64,000 nt of DNA from Usitatibacter sp. (GCA_049300695.1 JBAQKF010000032.1:8292-72291); one strand, 5' to 3'; shown: positions 36,003-45,742, counted from the stretch's first letter. The notes: generated by a model from the letters alone, not told the origin. A program made the numbers and translations.

Positions 36003-36602
36003 TTACTTCAGCGCCCAGTTGCGGGCCCGCGCGGCGATCTTCCAGACGTTGTTGTCGAGGCGGAAGCAGAGGTACTCGCCGAAGGAGCGCTTCGAATCGG
36101 ACTGGGAGACGCTCGCGAGATAGACGATCGCCTCGGTCTTCGCCGGATTGAATCCCACGCGCGAGAAATCGAGGAGCAGGTACGGGCGACCGGAGTCGTC
36201 CTTCGCGGGCGGCTCGCCGATGATCTGCTTCACCTCGATGGGAAGCGGCTTCGCCACGCGCGCCGAGTACTCCGCCTTGCTCCGGAAGTCCGCGAGGGTC
36301 TCCGGGCTCACCACCGCGGCGAATTCCTTGGAGAGCCATCCGATGACCTCGTCGGCCCCGACCTTCTCGGTCCTCATGGCGCCCGTGCAGCCGCCCAGCT
36401 TCACGCCGGAGTCGCCCGTGCACCGGAAGTTGGCCGTCTCCGCGGGGAGGATCACCGTCTTTTCGATCCCGCCCATGCGGGTGAGCGAATAGGCCTTCAC
36501 GATGACGGCGACCTCGTCGTCCCCGAGCGCGGCGGATTGGCCGTGCGCGGCCGTGACCCCGAGCGCCAGGATGACGGCTGCGATGCGCAGGAAGAGGGTC
36601 AT
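36003..36602 (-). CDS. Secreted hypothetical protein
   Basis: ATG at 36602 overlaps the upstream stop (ATGA). Signal peptide MTLFLRIAAVILALGVTAAHG. No family recognised. Confidence 0.6.
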   Translation of the reverse strand: MTLFLRIAAVILALGVTAAHGQSAALGDDEVAVIVKAYSLTRMGGIEKTVILPAETANFRCTGDSGVKLGGCTGAMRTEKVGADEVIGWLSKEFAAVVSPETLADFRSKAEYSARVAKPLPIEVKQIIGEPPAKDDSGRPYLLLDFSRVGFNPAKTEAIVYLASVSQSDSKRSFGEYLCFRLDNNVWKIAARARNWALK

Positions 36603-37600
36603 AGCGCCAGCACCAGCTTGCCGAAATTCTCTCCCCTGAAAAGCTTCAGCAGCGTTTCGGGGAACGCGTCGATCCCGCCGCCCACCACGTCTTCCTTGTG
36701 GACGAGCTTGCCGGAAGCGATCCAGCCCGCCATCTCCTGCGCGGCTTCGCCATATCGGGCCGCGTAGTCGAAGACGACCATGCCGGTCATGCTCGCGCGG
36801 TTCACGAGCAGCGAGAGGTAGTTGGCGGGACCCTTCGGGGCTGTCGTGTTGTTGTATTGCGAGATCGCGCCGCAGACGATGATGCGCGCGTGCAGCGCGA
36901 GACGGGCCAGGCACGCATCGAGGATCTCGCCACCGACGTTGTCGAAGTAGACGTGGATGCCGTCCGGGCAATTTTTCTTGAGGCCGGCCTTCACGTCCTC
37001 GTTCTTGTAGTCGATCGCCGCATCGCAGCGCAGCGTGTCGATGAGGTACTTGCACTTGTCGGCGCCGCCCGCGATGCCGATCACGCGGCAGCCCTTGATC
37101 TTCGCGATCTGGCAAACGGCGGCTCCGACCGCGCCCGCCGCACCCGATACGACCACGGTCTCGCCCGCCTGGGGCTTGCCGATGTCGAGCAATCCGAAAT
37201 ACGCCGTCATCCCCGGCATGCCGAGCACGCCGAGGTACGTCGTGAGCGGCGCGAATTTCGTGTCCAGCTTGCGCACGCCCTTGCTGTCCGAGATCGCGTA
37301 CAGCTGCACGCCGAAATTCCCGCCGACGGCATCGCCCACCGCGAATCCCGGATGCTTCGACGCGATGACCTCGCCGACGCCGCCCGCGCGCATGACCTCG
37401 CCGATATCGACGGGGCGGATGTAGGACTTGCCTTCGTTCATCCAGCCCCGCATCGCCGGGTCGAGCGAGATGTGCGAGATCTTCACGAGCACCTGGCCGT
37501 CGGCCGGCTCGCCCACGGCCTCCTCGGTGAAGTTCCAGTCACTGCGCTTCGGCAATCCCATCGGGCGCGCCGCAAGGCGCACCTGGCGATTCGTGGTCAT
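36599..37600 (-). CDS. NADP-dependent oxidoreductase (MDR family, alkenal/prostaglandin reductase YncB-like)
   Basis: 333 aa. MTTNRQVRLAARPMGLPKRSDW, SLDPAMRGWM, GMPGMTAYFGL and VVVSGAAGAVGAAVCQIAK. Confidence 0.9.
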   Translation of the reverse strand: MTTNRQVRLAARPMGLPKRSDWNFTEEAVGEPADGQVLVKISHISLDPAMRGWMNEGKSYIRPVDIGEVMRAGGVGEVIASKHPGFAVGDAVGGNFGVQLYAISDSKGVRKLDTKFAPLTTYLGVLGMPGMTAYFGLLDIGKPQAGETVVVSGAAGAVGAAVCQIAKIKGCRVIGIAGGADKCKYLIDTLRCDAAIDYKNEDVKAGLKKNCPDGIHVYFDNVGGEILDACLARLALHARIIVCGAISQYNNTTAPKGPANYLSLLVNRASMTGMVVFDYAARYGEAAQEMAGWIASGKLVHKEDVVGGGIDAFPETLLKLFRGENFGKLVLAL

Positions 37601-37647
37601 GTTCCTCTCACTTTCTTGTCGCGGGCGAGCCCGAGTTTACCGAAATT

Positions 37648-38181
37648 CTAGGGCACCACGCGCAGCGCCTGCCGCAGCTCGATTGACGTTCCCGTCGACG
37701 GCCGGCGCAAGGTGGCAAGCACCTTGTATTCGCCGAGCGCGTCCTGGGGCTCGATGTTCAACTGCGTCATCGCGTGAGACAGGATTACGGTGCCTTCCTT
37801 GTCGATCTTCGCGGCGAACGCAATGCGGTCCTTGAACTCGCCGTAGGTCGAGCCGTCGGGCGCGATCACCTTGAAGTCGGCGCTGAGATCGCAGCGCGCG
37901 CCCGCCTTCGCGCAGCCCGAGAAGAAGATGAGGATCGTGGCCTCGCCGCCGCGCTTCAATTCCTTGACCGGGTTGAGCGACGGCGCATGACCCTCGCCGG
38001 AGCCGGTCCATTCCTTGATGAAGGCGTTGTAATCGCCGGCCACGAGGAGCATCGCGCCCAGGCCGTCCGCGGTCTTGCGCCACTCGGTGTCGGCGAGGGG
38101 CTTGCCCGAGCCGTCCGTCCATTGCGCCCAGCTCGTGGCGCACGAAAGGGCCAACACGACGGCAAAAATGAATGTCTTCAT
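37648..38181 (-). CDS. Secreted hypothetical protein
   Basis: ATG at 38181 overlaps the SDR stop (ATGA). Signal peptide MKTFIFAVVLALSCATSWA. No family recognised. Confidence 0.6.
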   Translation of the reverse strand: MKTFIFAVVLALSCATSWAQWTDGSGKPLADTEWRKTADGLGAMLLVAGDYNAFIKEWTGSGEGHAPSLNPVKELKRGGEATILIFFSGCAKAGARCDLSADFKVIAPDGSTYGEFKDRIAFAAKIDKEGTVILSHAMTQLNIEPQDALGEYKVLATLRRPSTGTSIELRQALRVVP

Positions 38182-39041
38182 CGGGAGCCTGCCTGGGCCG
38201 CGGGCACCGGCCGCGACACGTCGGTCGGGGAGCGCCCGTCGAGGATGTCGCGCATCCGCGTCTCGATCGCGGCTTTGATTTTCTCGTGCGTGATGATGTA
38301 GAACGTTCCCGACTTCACCGCGTCGATCGTGGCTTTGGCGACATCGGCGGCGGTGAGCTTGCCGTGCAGCAGGGCCTGGCGCACGGCCTCCTCGTAGGGA
38401 GCCGCACCGGGATTGGTTGCGGAAAGGTCCGTCGGACGGTTGCGCTGCGAGTTGCCGATGCCTGTGTTCACGTACGCGGGGCACAGCACCGAGACGCCGA
38501 TGCTGGACTTCGCCACGCGCAGGTCGTGATACAGGCACTCGGAGAGCGACACGACGCCGTGCTTGCTTACGCAATAGACCGAGCTTCCGGCGATGTCGAC
38601 CAGGCCCGCGACGGACGCGGTATTCACGACATGCCCCTCGTGGCCGTCGGCGAGCATTCGCGGCACGAACGAGCGCACGCCGTAGATGACGCCCATCAGG
38701 TTGATGTCGAGGGTCCACTTCCAGTCCTCGAGCGTCGCGGTCCATATCGGGCCCGCTACCGCCACGCCCGCGTTGTTGAAGAGCAGGTGCACCGCGCCGA
38801 ATTTCTCCCAGGCCTTGGCGGCGAGCCCATCGAGGTCGCCGTGCTTCGAGACGTCGCAGCGCATGCATTCCGCGCGAACGCCCATCTGCGCGATCGCCAT
38901 CAGCGTCTCGCGCATGCCCTTCTCGTCGATGTCGGCGAGGACCACGTTCGCGCCCTCGCGGGCGCAGCCGATCACGAGCTCGCGCCCGATGCCGCTGCCG
39001 GCGCCGGTGACGACGGCCGTCTTGCCTTTCAATTCACGCAT
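38178..39041 (-). CDS. Short-chain dehydrogenase/reductase (SDR)
   Basis: ATG at 39041 after GGAGAAG. TGAGSGIG, NNAG and catalytic YCVSK. Confidence 0.88.
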   Translation of the reverse strand: MRELKGKTAVVTGAGSGIGRELVIGCAREGANVVLADIDEKGMRETLMAIAQMGVRAECMRCDVSKHGDLDGLAAKAWEKFGAVHLLFNNAGVAVAGPIWTATLEDWKWTLDINLMGVIYGVRSFVPRMLADGHEGHVVNTASVAGLVDIAGSSVYCVSKHGVVSLSECLYHDLRVAKSSIGVSVLCPAYVNTGIGNSQRNRPTDLSATNPGAAPYEEAVRQALLHGKLTAADVAKATIDAVKSGTFYIITHEKIKAAIETRMRDILDGRSPTDVSRPVPAAQAGSR

Positions 39042-39055
39042 TGCTTCTCCGAGAG

Positions 39056-41101
39056 TTAAATCGTGTCCCAACCCGTATCGGCTTCGAATCTGAGCCCGTG
39101 AGCCTTCTTCAGCTCTTCCATGATGCGCAGCCACTCCTGCTTGCCGCGCGCGCGGATGGTGGCGATGGGGCCGCCGCGATGCGGCGCGAAGCCGGTGCCG
39201 AAGATCACGCCCGCGTCGCAGAGGTCTGCGTCGGCGACGATCTTCTCGCGCACGCACGCCACCGCCTCGTTCAGCGCCGGAAGCACCATGCGGTCGGCGA
39301 GCGCCTTGAGATCGACCGTACCCGGGCCGATGGAGCTCTTCTGCGCCTTGCCCTGGGTCCATGTGTAGAAGCCCTGGCCCGTCTTCTTGCCGAATTTCTT
39401 CGCCTCGACGAGGGCCTGCAGTTTCTTCGGGATCGGCGAGCCGGGCTTCGCGAGCTCCTGCCCCACGGCCCAACCGATGTCGAGGCCCACCATGTCGGCG
39501 AGCTCAATCGGTCCCATGGGCATGCCGAAATCCTTCGCGGCCGCATCGATCGTCTCGGGCGGGATGCCCTCGTCGACCATGAGCATCGCCTCGAGGAGAT
39601 ACGGCGAGAGCACGCGGTTCACGAGGAAGCCCGGCGCCGACTTGCAAGGCAACGGGAGCTTGTCGATCTGGCGCGTGAAGGCCTGGCCGATCTGCATCAC
39701 GGTGGGCGAGGTCTGCGGGCCCTCGACGATCTCCACGAGCATCATCTGCGCGACGGGGTTGAAGAAGTGCAGCCCCACGAGCCGCTCGGGGCGCTGGAGG
39801 ATCGACGAGAGCTGCTGCAATGGAATGCTCGACGTGTTCGTGGCGAGGACCGCGCCTTGCTTCATGCGCGGCTCGACCTGCGCATAGACCTTGCGCTTCA
39901 CGTCGGCGTTCTCGACGATGGCCTCGATGATGATGTCGGCCCGGGCCACGCCATTGCCGGCGACGTCGGGAATCAATCGGTCGAGCGCCGCCTGGACGAG
40001 GTGCGGCTGCTTGAGGCGTTTCTTGTAGAGCTCGGCCGCGCGCTTGATGGCCGGCGCGATGCGATCGGGCGCGAGATCCTGCAGCGTCACCGTGACGCCG
40101 CGCAGCGCCGCCCACGCGGCGATGTCGCCGCCCATGGCACCCGCGCCGATGACGTGGAGATGAGCAACTAACCCGGGGTCAGACCCCGAAGCAGACCGCG
40201 CTTCGGGGTCTGACCCCAATTTCTTCAGCCGCTCCTGCAGCTTGAAGATGCGAATGAGGTTCTTCGCCGTCGGATGGAAGAAGAGGCTCGCGGTCGAGGC
40301 GGGATGGTCGCGGGGAATCTTGCGCGGGTCACCGTCGAAGTCCTTCCACAAATCGATGATCGCGTAGGGCGCAGGGTACTGGTCGCGCCGCACGCGCCTG
40401 GCGACCTGCCTGGCCGACATCTTCGCCACGATGTCGCGAATGCCCGGCCAATCGCCCGCCGCCTGCGTGAACGTCGGATGGTGAAGCGCCGGCGGATTGT
40501 TGAGGATCATGCGCCCGGCGTTGTCGAAATGCCGCCTGGGAGTGACCGCGTCGACGAGGCCCATCTTCTTCGCGCGCCGGCCGTCCACGCCACGGCCCGT
40601 GAGCATGAGATCGAGCGCCGCCGCGGAACCGATCAGCTTCGGCATGCGCTTGGCCGCACCCCATCCGGGGACGATGCCCAGCATCACTTCCGGCAGCGCC
40701 ATGCGCGTCTTCGGGCCATCGTCCATCACACGGTACTTGCAGGCGAGGGCGAGCTCGGTGCCGCCACCCATGCAGAAGCCGTGGATCAGCGCGAGCGTGG
40801 GGAAAGGCAGCGCGGCGATCTTGTCGAAGACCTCGTTGCCGAGCGCCACGAACGCCATCGCTTCATCGGCATCGCGCAGCGTCGTGAACTCGTCGATGTC
40901 GGCGCCGGCGACGAAGCCATTCTCCTTCGCCGAGAGGATCGCGAGGCCCTTGGGGGGCATCGAGGCCAGGTGATCGGCGATCTGCCCCAGCTCGCGCAGC
41001 ACTTCGCTCGAGAGCGTGTTGGTCGAGGCGCCCGCGCGATCGAACGCGAGCCACGCGAGATGATCCGCATCGACGTTGAGCTTCCAGTGCTTGAGTTCCA
41101 T
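39056..41101 (-). CDS. Bifunctional enoyl-CoA hydratase / 3-hydroxyacyl-CoA dehydrogenase (FadB-like) carrying an in-frame palindromic insert in the interdomain linker
   Basis: ATG at 41101. N-terminal crotonase fold (FVAGADIDEF, GFCMGGGTELALAC), then the linker ...LQERLKKLGSDPEARSASGSDPGLVAHLH, then Rossmann VIGAGAMGGDIA and the HACD C-terminal domains. Confidence 0.88.
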   Translation of the reverse strand: MELKHWKLNVDADHLAWLAFDRAGASTNTLSSEVLRELGQIADHLASMPPKGLAILSAKENGFVAGADIDEFTTLRDADEAMAFVALGNEVFDKIAALPFPTLALIHGFCMGGGTELALACKYRVMDDGPKTRMALPEVMLGIVPGWGAAKRMPKLIGSAAALDLMLTGRGVDGRRAKKMGLVDAVTPRRHFDNAGRMILNNPPALHHPTFTQAAGDWPGIRDIVAKMSARQVARRVRRDQYPAPYAIIDLWKDFDGDPRKIPRDHPASTASLFFHPTAKNLIRIFKLQERLKKLGSDPEARSASGSDPGLVAHLHVIGAGAMGGDIAAWAALRGVTVTLQDLAPDRIAPAIKRAAELYKKRLKQPHLVQAALDRLIPDVAGNGVARADIIIEAIVENADVKRKVYAQVEPRMKQGAVLATNTSSIPLQQLSSILQRPERLVGLHFFNPVAQMMLVEIVEGPQTSPTVMQIGQAFTRQIDKLPLPCKSAPGFLVNRVLSPYLLEAMLMVDEGIPPETIDAAAKDFGMPMGPIELADMVGLDIGWAVGQELAKPGSPIPKKLQALVEAKKFGKKTGQGFYTWTQGKAQKSSIGPGTVDLKALADRMVLPALNEAVACVREKIVADADLCDAGVIFGTGFAPHRGGPIATIRARGKQEWLRIMEELKKAHGLRFEADTGWDTI
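40175..40217. repeat. 43-bp perfect palindrome of the GGGGTCAGACCCC family, located inside a CDS
   Basis: Arms GGGGTCAGACCCCGAAG (40175-40191) and CTTCGGGGTCTGACCCC (40201-40217) with a 9-nt loop. It reads through in frame as GSDPEARSASGSDP on the minus strand. Confidence 0.9.
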
Positions 41102-41133
41102 GTTCTTGTTCTTTCTCCTCGAGCCGGGCGCCT

Positions 41134-41472
41134 TTAACCGGTTTCGGTCGGCAGGTCTTTGCCCACCCAGCCGGTGATGCCGGCCGACATGACCTTCACG
41201 TTCTCGTAACCCATCTGCCTGGCGCGCTTCGCGGCGATTGGCGCCTTGCGGCACATCGGATTGGAGCAGTAGAAGACCAGGCTCGAGGCCAAGTCCGGCG
41301 GAAGATCGCCGGCGACGAAATTCGCCGGGTCGAGGTTCTTCGCGCCTGGAACGTGCGCCTTCTGCCAGCTCTGCGCGGAATTCACGTCGAATACGCTCAC
41401 CTGCTTCGCCTGCACCTGCTTGTCCAGGTCCGCGGGCGAGATCGACTTCAGTCCCATCAGCAACGCCATCAT
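41134..41472 (-). CDS. Rhodanese-like domain protein (single domain)
   Basis: 112 aa with active-site loop context VFYCSNPMCRKA. The ATG overlaps the upstream stop. Confidence 0.8.
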   Translation of the reverse strand: MMALLMGLKSISPADLDKQVQAKQVSVFDVNSAQSWQKAHVPGAKNLDPANFVAGDLPPDLASSLVFYCSNPMCRKAPIAAKRARQMGYENVKVMSAGITGWVGKDLPTETG

Positions 41473-41951
41473 GTCTTTTCTCTCTTCCTGCGAATGTAGA
41501 GGACTTTCTCGACGTCGGCCACCGTGACGCCCTCGCTATCGACGATGTCCACCTTGAACGAGGGCTCGAACTTCTCACCCGACTGGGTGGCCGCCTTCAC
41601 CTCGGCGATGCGCTCCTCCGGAAGGACGATGCGCGCGGTGACCGTGCCCTTCGCGGGCTTGAGGAATCGTACCGTGCCCTGCTTGTCCCATACGATGTAG
41701 TCGCGCCCGAGGTTACGCATCATCAGCACCATGAAGAACGGATCGGTCATCGCGAAGAGCGAGCCGCCGAAGTGCGTGCCGACGTAGTTGCGGTTCATCA
41801 TGCGGATGCGAAGCTCGATGGTAGCCGAACGGAAATCCGAGCCGATCTCGCGAACCCGGATGCCCGCACCCCGGAACGGCGGCCAGATGTTGAACATCCA
41901 GCGCATGCCGCCGGGCGTCGCGCTCAGCCGCGAGAGGAATTTCATCCACAT
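41469..41951 (-). CDS. Hotdog-fold thioesterase-like protein (DUF4442/YiiD C-terminal-like)
   Basis: ATG at 41951, 5 nt after the thiolase stop. NRNYVGTHFGGSLFAMTDPFFMVLMM is typical of this family. Confidence 0.7.
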   Translation of the reverse strand: MWMKFLSRLSATPGGMRWMFNIWPPFRGAGIRVREIGSDFRSATIELRIRMMNRNYVGTHFGGSLFAMTDPFFMVLMMRNLGRDYIVWDKQGTVRFLKPAKGTVTARIVLPEERIAEVKAATQSGEKFEPSFKVDIVDSEGVTVADVEKVLYIRRKREKT

Positions 41952-41956
41952 GATTG

Positions 41957-43267
41957 CTACACCCGCTCTACGAGCATCGCGCCGCCCTGCCCCCCGCCGA
42001 TGCACAGCGACGCGACTCCGCGCTTGGCCCCGGTGCGCTCGAGCACCTTGAGGACGTGCAGCACGACGCGTGCGCCGGATGCGCCGATGGGGTGGCCGAT
42101 GGCGATGGCGCCGCCATCCACGTTGAGCTTCTCGCGGTCGGGCGCGCCGAACGGGCGGTCGAGGCCCAGGAACTGCTTGCAGTACGAATCGCTCTCCCAC
42201 GCGGCGAGGCAGCCCAGCACCTGCGCGGCGAACGCCTCGTTGATCTCGACCGTGTCGATGTCGTCGAAGGTCAGGCCATTCCGCATCAGCATCGGAGTGA
42301 TCGCGTGGACGGGGCCCAGGCCCATCTCGGCCGGATCGAGCGCGCCCCAGTTCGCGTCGACGACGCGTCCAAGCGGCTTGAGGTGGTATTCGTTCACCAC
42401 GTCCTCGGACGCAAGGATCAGCATCGCGGCGCCATCGGTGATCTGGGACGAATTGCCGGCGGTGACATTGCCGTAGGTCTTGTCGAAGAAGGGCTTCAAC
42501 TTCGCGAGCCTTTCCACGCTGGAGTCGCGACGAACGCCGTCGTCCAGCGAATACACGGTGCCGTCGGGCCCGTACATCGGCTCGACCTCCGTGAGGCGAC
42601 CGTTGTCCTGCGCGAAGGCCACGCGCCGATGCGATTCCACCGCGAACTCGTCCATCATCTGGCGCGTGATGCCGAAGCGCTGCGCGACGATCTCCGCGGT
42701 CGATCCCATGGAGAGCTTCACGACGGGATCGGTGAGGCCATGCAGCAAGGCGATCACGGGCGCGAACAGGGTTCCCGGACGCAGCTTCGCCATGACCGCG
42801 ACCTTCTGCGCCGTGTTCCTCGCCGAATTCAACGCCGCGAACCATTTCACCATGGCCCGTCCGTAGAGCAGCGGCGCGTGGCTCATGGCGTCGGTGCCGC
42901 CCGCGAGCCCGAGCGAAGAGCGGCCCGCGACGATGTTCAACGCCGCCGTATCGAGCGCCTGCAGGCCCGAGGCGCAATTGCGCATCACGGTCCACGCGGG
43001 CACCTTGTCGCCGCAACCGAGTCGCAGCGAGATCACGCGGCCGATGTTGGCTTCGTCGGCCGACGGCATCGCCGCCCCGATGATCACTTCGTCGAAGGCA
43101 CTCGCCTCGAACGGCTGGCGCAGGAGCAGCGCCCGCCCCGCGTTCACCGCGAGGTCGCTGCCCGTGAAGGGCCCGGGGCCCTCCGGTCTTGCCTTGAGGA
43201 AGGGAGTGCGCGCGCCGTCTACGACATAGACGCGGCGGCCACCCTTTTCTTCGAATCCGCTTGCCAT
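41957..43267 (-). CDS. Acetyl-CoA C-acyltransferase (thiolase)
   Basis: 436 aa. VMRNCASGLQAL (active-site Cys), NEAFAAQVL and GGGQGGAMLVE. The start overlaps the fadE 3' end by 49 nt. Confidence 0.9.
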   Translation of the reverse strand: MASGFEEKGGRRVYVVDGARTPFLKARPEGPGPFTGSDLAVNAGRALLLRQPFEASAFDEVIIGAAMPSADEANIGRVISLRLGCGDKVPAWTVMRNCASGLQALDTAALNIVAGRSSLGLAGGTDAMSHAPLLYGRAMVKWFAALNSARNTAQKVAVMAKLRPGTLFAPVIALLHGLTDPVVKLSMGSTAEIVAQRFGITRQMMDEFAVESHRRVAFAQDNGRLTEVEPMYGPDGTVYSLDDGVRRDSSVERLAKLKPFFDKTYGNVTAGNSSQITDGAAMLILASEDVVNEYHLKPLGRVVDANWGALDPAEMGLGPVHAITPMLMRNGLTFDDIDTVEINEAFAAQVLGCLAAWESDSYCKQFLGLDRPFGAPDREKLNVDGGAIAIGHPIGASGARVVLHVLKVLERTGAKRGVASLCIGGGQGGAMLVERV

Positions 43268-45729
43268 GAATCCTCCTGGGCCTTCGCTCCGCGCGAAAGG
43301 TCGTGCTCGTGGTCGTCGACCATGATCACTTCACGGCGCAGGCGATCGGTGTAGTCGAGGTGGTTGGCTTCGTCCTGCGTGATGATGCCCTGGGCCACGG
43401 CGGCCGCGCGGCGCTCGCCCAACTGGCGCTGCTTCAACTTGCCCTCCTTCGTCGCGGCGCGGATCTTCGCCTCGATGGGATCGGCCTTGATCGTCGCTTC
43501 CATCGCGAATTCCAGGCGCCCCAGGACGTCGTTCTCGTCGCGCGGGATGTACGCACCCCGGGTCAGGCGATCGCGCGCCGCGCCGGGCGTGAGCAGGATC
43601 GTGGCCACCTTGCCGCCCACCTTGTCGAACGGCGCGTTCAGCGTGAGGCCCTTCGGGAACGCCAGCATGCGAAGCCATGCGGCCACGAAGCGGTTCGGGA
43701 AGTTGTCGAGCACGCCGTCGATGGCGACCTGCAGGCGGAAGAACGTGTCGTACATGGACCAGTCGAGGAGCGCCCGGTCTTCCTTCTGGCGGCCCTCGTC
43801 GTGGTAGCGCTTGATTGTCGCCGAGCCGATGTAGAGCAGCGACAGGATGTCGCCCAGGCGCGCGGAGATCTTCTCGCGGCGCTTGAGGCTGCCGCCGATC
43901 ACGAACATCGAGACGTCCGCGAGCAGCGCGAAGGCCGCCGAGAAGCGCGTCATCATCTGCAGGTAGCGGCGCGTCTCGGGCGAGCCCGGCACTGAAACCG
44001 TCTCGCCGCCCGTGAGGCCGAGGTAGAGGGCGCGCGCCCCGTTCGAGATCGTGAACGCGATGTGGCCGAAGAGCGCCTTGTCGAACGCGACGAGATCGTT
44101 CGCGCCCGCCGCATTGATCTCCTTCAGCACGAAGGGGTGGCAGCGGATCGCACCTTGCCCGAAGATGATCATCGAGCGCGTGAGGATGTTCGCCCCTTCC
44201 ACGGTGATCGCTATGGGCACCGCCCCATAGCCGTGGCCGAGGTAATTGTTCGGCCCCATCATGATGCCCTTGCCGCCGTGGATATCCATGGCGTCGTTGA
44301 TGATGGTGCGCATGCGCTCGGTCATGTGGTATTTGCAGATGGCCGAGATGACCGACGGCTTCTCGCCGAGATCCAGCGCGGACATCGTCATGCGGCGCGT
44401 GGCGTCCATCATGTAGGTGTTGCCGCCGATGCGCGCGAGCGGTTCCTCGACGCCTTCGAACTTTCCGATGGGCGTGCGGAACTGCGCGCGAACGCGCGAA
44501 TACGCGCCCGTGGCCCGCGAGGCGAGCTTGCCCGCCGCCATCGACATCGAAGGCAGCGAGATCGACCGTCCCGCGGCGAGGCACTCGACCAGCATCCGCC
44601 AGCCCTTGCCCACCTGCTTCTCGCCGCCGATGATCCACGACATCGGGATGAAGACGTCCTTGCCCGAGTTGGGCCCGTTCATGAAAGCCGCGGACAGCGG
44701 GATGTGGCGGCGCCCGATATTCACGCCCTTGTGCGACGTGGGAATGAGCGCGAGGGTGATGCCGACGTCCTCTTCGCCGCCCAGCAGCTTCTCCGGATCG
44801 AACAGCTTGAACGCGAGGCCGAGGATCGTCGCGACCGGGCCCAGCGTGATGTAACGCTTCTCCCACGTGAGGCGAACGCCCACCACCTCCTTGCCCTCGT
44901 GCATGCCCTTGCAGACGATGCCGAAGTCGGGAATGGCGCCCGCATCGGAGCCGGCCTCCGGATTCGTGAGGGCAAAACAGGGAATCTCGAGTCCCTTCGC
45001 CAGGCGCGGCAGGTAGTAGTTCTTCTGTTCTTCCGTGCCGTAGTGGATGAGCAGCTCGGCCGGCCCCAGGGAGTTGGGCACCATGACCGTCACCGCGCAC
45101 GTGCCGCTGCGCGTGGAGATCTTCGTCACGATCTCCGAGTGCGCCATGGCCGAGAAGCCGAGCCCGCCGTAGGACTTCGGAATGATGATGCCGAGGAAGC
45201 CCTTCTCGCGGATGAACTTCCACACTTCCGGAGGAAGGTCCATGCGGTTATGCGTGATGTCCCACTCGTCGAGCATGCCGCAGAGCTCTTCCACCGTACC
45301 GTCGACGAAGGCCTGCTCTTCGGCCGAGAGCTTCGCCTCGGGGTAGTTGAACATCTTCTGCCAGTCGGGCCGGCCCGTGAACAGGTCCGCGTCCCACCAG
45401 ATGCTTCCGGCATCCAGCGCTTCCTGCTCCGTCTGCGAGATCTGCGGGAGGATCTTCTTGTAGAGGCCGAAGACCGGGCCCGTCACGATCAACCGCCGGA
45501 CGGGCTTCACGATCGAGACCACCGCGAAGGCCGCGACGGCGATCCAGAGGATCGACAGCGCCCAGGCCGGCGTGCCCGTGAAGTATTCGAGGAAAGCGAC
45601 GCCCGCCGCGAGCGCGATGGACCACGCGAGGCCGTTGGCCTTGTGGTACGCGAGCAGCAGCGCGACGCCCAGCACACCCAGGATCGTGGCGACCACCTTG
45701 GCTACGATCAGCGTGACGGTGAGGAACAT
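43219..45729 (-). CDS. fadE: Large membrane-associated acyl-CoA dehydrogenase (E. coli FadE type)
   Basis: 836 aa with N-terminal TM helices, central ACAD domains (LTNPEAGSDAGAI, ITLGPVAT) and a long C-terminal helical extension typical of FadE. Confidence 0.9.
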   Translation of the reverse strand: MFLTVTLIVAKVVATILGVLGVALLLAYHKANGLAWSIALAAGVAFLEYFTGTPAWALSILWIAVAAFAVVSIVKPVRRLIVTGPVFGLYKKILPQISQTEQEALDAGSIWWDADLFTGRPDWQKMFNYPEAKLSAEEQAFVDGTVEELCGMLDEWDITHNRMDLPPEVWKFIREKGFLGIIIPKSYGGLGFSAMAHSEIVTKISTRSGTCAVTVMVPNSLGPAELLIHYGTEEQKNYYLPRLAKGLEIPCFALTNPEAGSDAGAIPDFGIVCKGMHEGKEVVGVRLTWEKRYITLGPVATILGLAFKLFDPEKLLGGEEDVGITLALIPTSHKGVNIGRRHIPLSAAFMNGPNSGKDVFIPMSWIIGGEKQVGKGWRMLVECLAAGRSISLPSMSMAAGKLASRATGAYSRVRAQFRTPIGKFEGVEEPLARIGGNTYMMDATRRMTMSALDLGEKPSVISAICKYHMTERMRTIINDAMDIHGGKGIMMGPNNYLGHGYGAVPIAITVEGANILTRSMIIFGQGAIRCHPFVLKEINAAGANDLVAFDKALFGHIAFTISNGARALYLGLTGGETVSVPGSPETRRYLQMMTRFSAAFALLADVSMFVIGGSLKRREKISARLGDILSLLYIGSATIKRYHDEGRQKEDRALLDWSMYDTFFRLQVAIDGVLDNFPNRFVAAWLRMLAFPKGLTLNAPFDKVGGKVATILLTPGAARDRLTRGAYIPRDENDVLGRLEFAMEATIKADPIEAKIRAATKEGKLKQRQLGERRAAAVAQGIITQDEANHLDYTDRLRREVIMVDDHEHDLSRGAKAQEDSWQADSKKRVAAASMS

Positions 45730-45742
45730 GGAATTCTCCTTG

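Noticed and set aside
43219-43267. 49-nt overlap between the fadE 3' end and the thiolase start as a sign of a frameshift or pseudogene
   Set aside because: Both reading frames are intact and both proteins are full length with conserved termini. There is no in-frame alternative ATG/GTG for the thiolase before the conserved VYVVDGARTPF. It was accepted as a genuine overlap or a slightly extended FadE tail.
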